Positions 55,861 through 64,000 of a DNA stretch of 64,000 nucleotides are shown one piece after another; the first letter of the stretch is position 1; each line of letters opens with the position of its first letter. Origin of the DNA: an uncultured Planctomycetaceae bacterium (lineage in GTDB: Bacteria; Planctomycetota; Planctomycetia; Pirellulales; PALSA-1355); contig CAWAUV010000005.1 of assembly GCA_963785305.1 (NCBI GenBank), positions 733,201 to 797,200 of the forward strand, written 5' to 3'. The translations under genes were made by a program, and so were the position numbers. The notes under the pieces are model-generated. The model saw only the letters and a list, made by a program, of their open reading frames with translations. It searched no databases and was not told the origin of the DNA.

Positions 55861-57127
55861 TCACGGAAATTGGTCGGCTTGCAGCCAGTTGGCCACATCG
55901 GCCGCGGCGGTCAGGCGCGCTGTGAGCGCATCTATATAGTCCAGATTCGCCTGCACGATGCCGCGCTGCGCCTCGAGCAGCCGCACCAAATCGAACTGGC
56001 CCTGGCGATATCCCTGCTGCACCAGACTCAGCGTTTGCCGCGAGTCGGGCAAGATCGACTGCTCGAATATCTCGACCTGCTGCTGCGCCGAGCGATAACG
56101 CGCCAGCGCCTCGGCCAGTTGTCGCAGCAGATCGTTTTGAGCGGTGCTATATTGCGCGATCGCTTGGGCGATGTTGGCGTTGGCCGAGCGAATGCCGCCC
56201 TGGTTGCGATTCCATATCGGCAAATCGAAGAACACGCCCATATAGGCCGGGTTCGAGCCCTGATAAGGATTGTACTGCCAGCCGCCGGTCACATCCCAGT
56301 CGGGCGTCGGCTCGGCTTCAGCTCGGCGGAGCAAGAGTGCGCATTCGATCGATTTCCACTCGCCGGCTTTGCAGATCGGCATTGCGGGCGACCAGCGTCG
56401 CGCGGGCGTCCTCATCGGTCCACGGCGGCAGGGCCGGGGTCAGTGTGCCGACCACTTCATGGATCGGCATATCGGGAGTGCCCATCAAGGCGGCCAACTG
56501 CTGGCGACCCGACTTCAGGGTAAGCTCCGCGGTGCGCAGCGCGGCCTGATTGCGGCGCAGTTCGACTCGTAGCAGCAGCACATCGGTCTGAGTGCCTTGT
56601 CCACCTTCGAGCAACTTCTGGCTGATGTTGAGCGATTGCTCGGCGATGCCCAGCAGGGTCTTGAGCACTCGCACCCGCTCCTGCGCGGCGAGCACCGTGT
56701 AGAACTGTTGCCGCACATCGGTCACGACTTCGTACCGCTGCGCGCACGTAGAGGAGCACCGATTGCCGCACATAGTCCTCGGCCGCGGCTTTGCTCAACC
56801 GAAGCTTGCCGCCGCGCACGAAGTGTTGCGTGAAGCCGGGGCTGAACTGGGTATTCACGCCGCCGATCTGGTTCGGGTTGCCCGAATCGAACCGCAAATT
56901 CGGATACAAACCGGCCTGAATCGCCTGGCCGCGGGCATCGTCGATATTGGCCTGCGCGTCGCGAATCGACGGATTGTTGATCATCGCCAAATCCGAGGCG
57001 CGATTCAGCGTCAATCCACTATCATCGATCGGTGGTAGAGGCACGGCCTCCTGCCCGGTGGAACACCGCGCAGCGCCACGGCAAGCAACCAGCCGAGCGC
57101 AACGGCCGTGCTACGAATGCGACGCAT
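55861..57127 (-). CDS. TolC/CzcC-family outer-membrane efflux protein (several indels)
   Basis: A...NPSI, QAGLYPN, LPIWNRNQGGI, Y.QGQFDLV.LL.AQR. Confidence 0.8.
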
Positions 57128-57325
57128 TACGAATGCTCCGGATGTGACACGTGTGCGCGATACGCTGGATATCGACGCGTCATGGCCGGACAATCGACGC
57201 CAAGGCGCCCTGTCCTTAGAGCTTGCCTGGCCGGAAGCGTCGAACGCGTCGCCATTTGGCGGCCTGCCAAGGCGCCAGCACGGCGCGAGGTCGGCGCAAC
57301 CTGCTGCCGGACATCGACATCGCCT

Positions 57326-58243
57326 TCATGATTCCGACCGGGGCCGGAGATAAATAAAGCTCTTGCCCAGCCGTCCGCCATAGTTGCCCGCCGAAATCTT
57401 TAATAAATCCGGCGTTTCCCGCGCCGCCGCAATCGCCGCTTGCGTGGCCGCCGCGATCGCGGGAAGGTCGCGGCCGTTGATGATGATTTCCTGCACCGAC
57501 ACGACGCCCGGCGGCAGTCGCGAGTCGGCGCCGAGCGCATCGCGCAGCGTGGGGCAATACTCCGCGAAGGTGCTGGCGATGGTAAACGAATAACGGCTAC
57601 CCGCCTTCGAGCCGCTGCCGGCCACCCCGCCAGGAAACGGCAGCACCACGCCCGGAATCGCGCGGGCAGCCTCGGCGCCCAGCATCGCCGCGTCGAGCGC
57701 CGCGTCGGCCGTGGCGCCCATGAACCACAAGTTGCCGCCCATGAGCCCGTCGCTAAAGCCGAAACGTCGATCGAGCACGAACTCGCCGGAAAGAATCGGA
57801 ATCACCCACACCGGCCGGCCGTGGCGCGTGTCGCGAAACTGGTGGCCATCGCCAAAAAAAGCGATCTTTCGCCCCAGCTTGAAATACTCCGGCGTGTCGA
57901 GCAGGTTGAAGCAGCTCGCCGTCGGCGCCGTGAGCACATTCTGACTGAGCCGCACCAAAAGCGACCGCTCCAGCGCCGCCACGCGTTCTTTGCGAAATCG
58001 CGGAAGATGAAATTGCAGCACCACGCCGGGTCGACCATCGGGAGTGGCAAACGATTCGTCGCCGCCGGGGCCCACGAAGCGATCGATGCCCGCCTCGCAG
58101 TCGCAGAGAATCGTGCTCGAAGCGTTGCCGGTCGCGGCCCGGGCGGCGGCTTCGAGCCAGTGGCGGTCGCGAGCCGTAATCAACACTTCCGCATAAATGC
58201 CGCGAAACGCCTCGGCGTAGGTGTCGTCGATCTCGGCCGTCAT
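57326..58243 (-). CDS. ftr: Formylmethanofuran--tetrahydromethanopterin N-formyltransferase (Ftr/FhcD)
   Basis: IDDTYAEAF, CDCEAGID, TPDGRPG, GGNLW, PFPGGV.GSGSK.GS.Y, EIIING, ISAGNYGGRLG. Confidence 0.93.
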   Translation of the reverse strand: MTAEIDDTYAEAFRGIYAEVLITARDRHWLEAAARAATGNASSTILCDCEAGIDRFVGPGGDESFATPDGRPGVVLQFHLPRFRKERVAALERSLLVRLSQNVLTAPTASCFNLLDTPEYFKLGRKIAFFGDGHQFRDTRHGRPVWVIPILSGEFVLDRRFGFSDGLMGGNLWFMGATADAALDAAMLGAEAARAIPGVVLPFPGGVAGSGSKAGSRYSFTIASTFAEYCPTLRDALGADSRLPPGVVSVQEIIINGRDLPAIAAATQAAIAAARETPDLLKISAGNYGGRLGKSFIYLRPRSES

Positions 58244-58906
58244 GACACTGCTCCGCCCGAGCCGAGTTTGTCGCGCCCCTCCGAGAGATCGCTCGCGGAT
58301 CGCCGGCCCAGCCCTTCGTAAATGCCGGTCTCCGTCACGATCTTGTCCATGAATACATCGTGTGGCTGCACCGGCAATTCCGGAAACATTTGGCATTCGA
58401 AGGCCAACGCCACCAGCGGCGTCTGGGGCCGGGCATGCTCGAGCAACTTGTCGTAATAGCCCTTGCCGTGCCCCATGCGGGCGCCTCGCCGGTCGAACGC
58501 CACGCCCGGAACCATCACCAGATCGAGTTCGCGCACATCGACCCGCTTAGCCCGCGAATCGCGCAGATCGGCCCGCGGCTCAAGAATCTGGTACATGCCC
58601 GTGGTCAGCTCGTCCATGCTTTCGAGATGAAACAGTTCGAGCGATTCGCCCTCGACGCAATAAGGCACGACGATCTTTTTGCCGTGCTCCAGCGCTCTTG
58701 GCAAATAATGCCGGGTGCGAACTTCAGCGCACATCGAGATAAAACAACACCGCGCCGGCTCGCACATACTCCGGCAACGCGGTGAAACAGGCGCATATCG
58801 ACTGGCTGAGCGAATCTTTGTCGGGTTGCGCCCGCCGCCGCGCGTGAGCCTGCTCGCGAATCGACTGCTTGAGCGCGGCGATCGAATTGGCGGCATCGTC
58901 TGTCAT
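58240..58906 (-). CDS. 5-Formyltetrahydrofolate cyclo-ligase (indel near 58735)
   Basis: K..IR, YLDVR.EV.T, ILEP, DLVMVPGVAFD..G.RMG.GKGYYD, HD..MD.IVTE. Confidence 0.9.
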
Positions 58907-59132
58907 GCGCGTCTTCCAGGGGTTGGAGGCATCGTCCGAAACCGGCCGGCGTCGAGATCGCGATCGGTCTTGCACTCGCGGATTGTCATCGCAAGAACGT
59001 TCGACGCCAAGCATGCGACCCGTATAATACATTCGGCGGCTCGAATTGAACACGGATCGACCAGTCTCGCGATCGCTCCGCCGACCCGACTCGCACGATT
59101 CTTTGCTTTCGCACACGGAGTTTCATTTCCCG

Positions 59133-60306
59133 ATGGGAAGCGCTTATATCGTCGGCGGCTGCCGCACGCCGATCGGCAAATTTCTCGGCGCCCTGGCCGG
59201 CGTGCCCGCCCCGCGGCTGGGCGCCGTGGCCATCGCCGAGGCATTGCGCCGCGCCGCTGTCGCGCCGCATGCCGTCGATGAAGTCATCATGGGCAATGTG
59301 CTCTCGGCCGGAGTCGGCCAGGCGCCCGCCCGGCAAGCCGCGCTGGCCGCCGGATTGCCGGCCAGTGTCGCGGCGCTCACAATCAACAAAGTGTGCGGCT
59401 CGGGCCTAAAAGCCGTGATGCTCGCCGACCAGGCAATCCGCGCCGGCGACGCCCAGGTGATCGTGGCCGGGGGCATGGAGTCGATGAGCCAAGCCCCGCA
59501 CTTGCTTCTCGGCGCACGACAAGGCTGGAAATTCGGCGATCAGAAAGTCGTCGATTCGATGCTCCACGATGGGCTGTGGTGCGCCTTCGAAGATATGGCC
59601 ATGGGCGCCGAGGCCGACTATATCGCCAGCAGCCGCGGCGTGAACCGCGCGGACCAAGACGCTTTCGCGGTCGAAAGTCATCGCCGCGCTTTGGCCGCCA
59701 CCGTGCTCGCGGTTGAGGAGATCGTGCCCATCGAGGTCGTGGCGGGCAAACAGACTCAAACGATCGCGCACGACGAAGGCCCGCGACCAGACTCCAGCGC
59801 CGCCTCGCTCGCTAGGTTGCGGCCGGCCTTTGACCCCGCGGGCACGGTCACTGCCGGCAATGCCTCGCAGCTCAGCGATGGCGCCGCGGCAGTGGTCGTG
59901 GTCGGCGAAGCCTGGGCGCGGGCCAGCCGCTCGCCGCTCAAGGCCCGAATCGTGGCGTCGGCCACTTCGGGTGTCGAGCCGAAGGAAATCTTCATCGCGC
60001 CCGTGACCGCAATTGAAAAGGCGCTTGCCCAAGCCGAACTCACGCTCGCCGATATCGATCTGGTGGAGCTCAACGAAGCCTTTGCCGCGCAGTGCCTTGC
60101 CTGCGCGGGGTCACTGTCGCTCGACCTAGCGAAGACCAATGTTCGCGGCGGAGCGATCGCCCTCGGCCACCCGATTGGCGCAAGCGGCGCGCGTGCTCGT
60201 GACCTTGCTCCATGCGCTCGCCGAGCGGCAAGCGCGGCGCGGCTTGGCGGCGCTCTGCTTGGGCGGAGGCAACGCCGTGGCCATGATCATCGAGCGGGTC
60301 GAATAA
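59133..60306 (+). CDS. Acetyl-CoA C-acetyltransferase (thiolase; indel near 60190)
   Basis: [38 protein letters not shown]. Confidence 0.94.
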
Positions 60307-60357
60307 TCGCGCCGGTCGCGGCGCACTGCTTGAATCAGGATTTATCCCAACAATGTC

Positions 60358-61038
60358 TCACTCCCCGCGTGGCTCGAGTTGGCCTTCGCGAACCTGGCCT
60401 TCTTGGTTGGCTTGCCAATAGTGGCCCGAGTCCACATCCAAACATGTGAGCCAGCCGCCTCCATAAACGCACGTGTCGATGCAAACGGCGTGTCCGATAT
60501 CGCGCGGCATGCCGGGGCGCTGGGCCGTGTGGCCGCAGATCATGATCTTGCCCGAGCGATGCGGCGGTGGATCGCGAAACTTTTCCCAGTAGAGCGACGC
60601 TTCCGTCTGGCGGTCGAGATCGACATTGGGATCGGCCGAGGCATGGACGAAGAAATGCGTCGGCGTTTCGAAATAATCGCGGCAGCCATGTTCGAAAAAC
60701 ACCCAATGCTCGCTCGGCACATCTTCGAGCCCGCCGGTGTCTTGCCCGCTGTAGGAACGGAGCGTGGCGTCGCCGCCCCAGTTCAGCCAGTCGTAGAAAG
60801 TGCTGGCGTCGGTGCGAGATCGCATCATCATCAGCTCATGATTGCCGCGGATCGGCGCCAGATTGCCAGCATGGCGCGCTGCATCACCCATTCCACGACC
60901 CCCGCCGAATCGGGGCCGCGGTCGACATAATCGCCCAGCGTGATCAACAAATCCTCGTCGCTGGCGCCTGCGGCCTCGATCACCTCGGTCGAGCGCCCGC
61001 AGGCAGCCATGAATATCGCCAATCGCCAGGGTGCGCAT
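60358..61038 (-). CDS. Metallophosphoesterase (PPP/PphA-like; indels)
   Basis: GDIHG, GDYVDRG, RGNHE, FVHA, CGHT, IDT. Confidence 0.88.
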   Translation of the reverse strand: MRTLAIGDIHGCLRALDRGDRGRRRQRRGFVDHAGRLCRPRPRFGGGRGMGDAARHAGNLAPIRGNHELMMMRSRTDASTFYDWLNWGGDATLRSYSGQDTGGLEDVPSEHWVFFEHGCRDYFETPTHFFVHASADPNVDLDRQTEASLYWEKFRDPPPHRSGKIMICGHTAQRPGMPRDIGHAVCIDTCVYGGGWLTCLDVDSGHYWQANQEGQVREGQLEPRGE

Positions 61039-61471
61039 AGTCGCGGGTCGCTCGCAAGACTCGTGGAACTTACCAAAATTCGCTGCCCGGCCGCGGCGGC
61101 GTTTCCCTAGTTTAACATGAAGCATTCGGCCGCGGCCCTGACTCGACGGGCTTTCGTGTTTTCGACTTGCGAACAAGCTAGCTCCTGGCGATCCGTGACT
61201 CTCGGGTCGCGTTGTCGCGCCGCCGCTCCGCGCCCCTGCAATCGGCGTGTGCGCTCTTGCGCAGATCGCCTGGCTTTCCCGGCATTTCGCTATCACACGA
61301 AAAAACCGGCGCTACCGGGCAATTAGATCAAACCCGTCGCATGCGCGAGACGATAATTAACACCGTGCGCGACGCGCATAATCCGTGCGAAAGGCGCTTC
61401 CGCGCAAATGCGCGAGCTCCAGGCGAATGTAAACCCGAACACCGGACTAATCTCCCGAGGACGTCAACGTT

Positions 61472-61714
61472 ATGGCAAGAAGCCATTTGCGCGTGTACTA
61501 CGGTCCCACGGAATCGACCCGCAACCCGCTTCAGAACGAGCCCGCCGGCGACGTGGTTTCCGTGTCGCTCGGCGAGATTCTGCCACTCCTGGTCGACGCC
61601 GTGCGAAGCGAGCGGACTTGGCTCCGCGACTTCGACACCGAAAGCGTGACGATTTCGACCGATCTCTACGAAGTGATTCTCGCCTACCAGCATTTTCGTC
61701 GGCCTTCGGCCTGA
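61472..61714 (+). CDS. Small conserved hypothetical protein
   Basis: 80-aa ORF with host codon usage and a GAGG SD; R.WL.DF....V.I..DLYEV pattern. Confidence 0.65.
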   Translation: MARSHLRVYYGPTESTRNPLQNEPAGDVVSVSLGEILPLLVDAVRSERTWLRDFDTESVTISTDLYEVILAYQHFRRPSA

Positions 61715-61797
61715 CGCGGCGGAGCTGATCTTAAGAATCGGCTGGCTCGGTTTTGGTGGTGGAAGATGGCGATTGGGGTTTTGTACCCTTCGCCGTC

Positions 61798-63476
61798 ATG
61801 AGCACTTCACACCATGACTCGATCTCGCCGCCGGGTGATTCGCCTTCTCCCGGCGGCTCGCGCCCGACCTCCGACCAAGGCGCCACGCTCGCCGCGCTCA
61901 AGCGGCAAGCGCGGGCCAATGGGCTGCGGCTCAAGATCGCCGAGCAGAACGCGGCTCTCGGCGCCCTGCGCTCCCGAGGTTATCGCGACACGCTCGAGGG
62001 GTTTTACGATCCCTCGAACTATGTCAACCCGGGCGACTATCTCTTTGCGCACCGCCCCTGCTGGGCGCGATGCCCACCACGCTCAACGATCGCGACCAGG
62101 GCCGCGATCTGCCGATCTTTCAGACCGAGCAAGAGCTGGCCGTCATTCGCGGCGCGGCGCGCCTCGTCACCGCGGCCAATCCGGTGGCGGTCGGCATTCT
62201 TTCAAGTCTCACGAACTATGTGATCGGAACCGGCTTTCATTATGCCGTCGCCCCGCGCGAGCCGGGCAACGCCGAAAGCCGCTGGCTCGCGAGCGTCGCC
62301 GAGACGGTGGTCGGTGATTTTCTCGACGAAAACCACTGGATCGGCGAGCTCGATCGCGAGCTGTTCGAGCGGAGCCGGGTCGATGGCGAGTATTTCTTGA
62401 GCCTTTGGCATCGCGGCGATGGACATGTGCAAGCGCGCACGGTCGAGCCCGATCAGGTGACGGCGCCGGTCGATTCGGCGGACATCGACGCGTGGCTTGG
62501 GCTTCGCTCGCCGAGCGATTGGACCTTCGGCCTGCTGGCCGATCGCGACGATTCGCAGGCCGTGCATGGCTTCTGCACGCGCTGGTCGAATCGCGATCTC
62601 GATTGGGATTTTCTGCCCGGCGGCGCCGAGCCGATCGTTCCGCCCGATGGCGGCGGCGCGTGGATGGAACACGCCAAGCTCAATGTGCCGCGGAGCGTGA
62701 AGCGTGGCCTTTCGGATTTCTATCCGATTCAAGGCAGCCTCGAAGTGGCTCGCCGGGTGCTGCGCAATATGGGCGAAGGCTCGGCCGTGCAAGCGGCGAT
62801 CGCCTGGATTCAAGAAGTGGCGCCCGGCACGACGCAGGCCCAAGTCAACACCGCCACCATGTCGCGGGCCGACGCCAGCTACACGACCACCGCATCGCGG
62901 GGCGCTGGCGCACTGGCTCCAGCAATACGACCCAGCCACGATTCTGAAGGTTCCCAGCGGTCAAAAATACTTGCCCGGACCCCTGGCGCGCAGCACTCGC
63001 CGAACTTCATCACGGCGGCGCAGGCGCTCTTGCGGAGCGTGGCGGTGCGGTGGAGTTTGCCGGAGAACTTCGTGACCGGCACGGCCGAAAACAACAACTT
63101 CGCGTCGAGCCTCGTGGCCGAGAGTCCGTTCGTGAAGTATGCCGAAGCGCAACAACAAATTTATTCGCGGCGCGACCGCCGCACGCTCGAGCGCGTGGTT
63201 TGGTTCGCCTGGTTGGCGGGCCGTTTCGGCTCGGTTTCATGGCCGGAAGTTGTGCGCAACATAGTGATCAACATTACCCCGCCGCAGATCGAAGTCCGCG
63301 ACCCGGCGAAAGAAACCGCGGTGCGCAAGACCCTGTGCGACGCCGGTGTGTTGAGCAAGCAAACCTGGAGCGCCCAAGAGGGCCTTGATTTCGAGGCCGA
63401 GCAAAAGAACATCCGCAAGGAAGAAAGCGCTGCAGCGAAGCATCGCCAGGAAGCGTTGCTCGAAGCCGAGTGGTAG
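61798..63476 (+). CDS. Phage portal protein (lambda-like); indels; stop codon formed at the IS junction
   Basis: R..AR....NP.A.GI....NYVIGTG, DGE.F, EPDQV, H.K.N....KRG.SD, NNFASS..AESP, DP.KE......G..SKQT. Confidence 0.7.
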
Positions 63477-63997
63477 GGACCAGTTCAGCTTATGCGGCGG
63501 TGGCGAGGGGGGTGGAGCGGCGGTGGAAGGGGTGGCCGGGGCGTTGCGAGAGGTAGTCCTTGAGCCGGCCGTCGTCGCTGAGGGCGGCGGCGCGGAGCTG
63601 CAAGATCGCTTCCGCTCCGTCGGGATCGTCCCAGAACATTTCGGTCCCTTTCACGCGCAGGTTCATTTGTTTGATCAGCGACTCCATCGGCGCGCTGGTG
63701 ACCGGCAGGCCCAGGCGGCGATAGCTGGGATAGTCCATCCGCTGGCGATTGTTCGTCAAGTACCGCACGGCGTCGACGAGCGGTTTCTCCGCGTCACTGG
63801 GTTTCGTATCTTCCCAGTCGATGCCCCGCGCGAGGCAGGCTTGCTTGATCTCGTCGATCACGTGATCGACCTGGCCTTGCCAGCACCAGGTGACGAACTT
63901 TAGATAGAGCGACCAACCCTCCGCATCGTTGGCGGCCAGCGCCAGCGCCGCGCGGTAAACGTATTGAATCGCATGAATGAAGTCGAGGACGGGCGTG
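63476..63997 (-). mobile_element. Second (partial) copy of the ISKra4-like IS
   Basis: Begins with the same IR GGGACCAGTTCAGCTTATGCGG; nearly identical to 35233-35754 (3 substitutions seen, same protein). Confidence 0.93.
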
Positions 63998-64000
63998 GCA

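Noticed and set aside
2906..61038. Mass pseudogenisation
   Set aside because: Indels hit essential genes (sufC, sufD, lpxD), with no in-frame stops or decay; an assembly artefact is more likely.
60358..61038. Phosphatase as partner of the transposon kinase
   Set aside because: 13 kb away, outside the IRs, host-like composition; no evidence of a link.
35233..63997. Composite transposon formed by the two ISKra4-like copies
   Set aside because: The first copy has its own TSD on both sides, so it inserted independently; the intervening genes are housekeeping.
1..64000. CRISPR array or rRNA
   Set aside because: No regularly spaced repeats with unique spacers and no rRNA-like sequence seen; the 15-bp repeats are in-frame coding repeats.
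63998..64000. Last 3 nt diverge from the first IS copy (possible truncation)
   Set aside because: Too short to interpret at the window edge.

Overview
GC-rich chromosome segment whose gene content points to a planctomycete (Pirellulales-like). About half of the genes are split by 1-2 nt indels, most likely long-read assembly errors. The backbone is mostly housekeeping: a coiled-coil/prenyltransferase-repeat/NPCBM cluster, Nif3, GT2 plus a BshC-like protein, tRNA-Ala(GGC), an alkene reductase, fliW-csrA-flagellin, ino1, lpxL, a suf operon containing a lone nuoB, an ECF sigma with a CmpX/MscS-like gene, lptD-like, rimO, pgsA, lpxD, lpxI, TolC, ftr with 5-formyl-THF cyclo-ligase, a thiolase and a lone phage portal gene. 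An ISKra4-like IS is present in two copies, one complete with a 9-bp target site duplication (TSD). The standout is a complete 5,846-bp cargo-carrying IS1-family transposon at 43070-48915, with perfect 25-bp terminal inverted repeats and an 8-bp TSD. It carries (i) a C-protein-controlled type II R-M system with a PD-(D/E)XK nuclease I cannot assign to a named family, and (ii) a translationally coupled operon of an RHH repressor, a degenerate RuvC/RNase H-fold protein and a non-RD Ser/Thr kinase, facing a small Zn-finger gene. That operon and the transposase sit behind two mirror-image promoters with matching operators. The kinase module is my candidate for an undescribed defence or addiction system; its function is inferred from context only.
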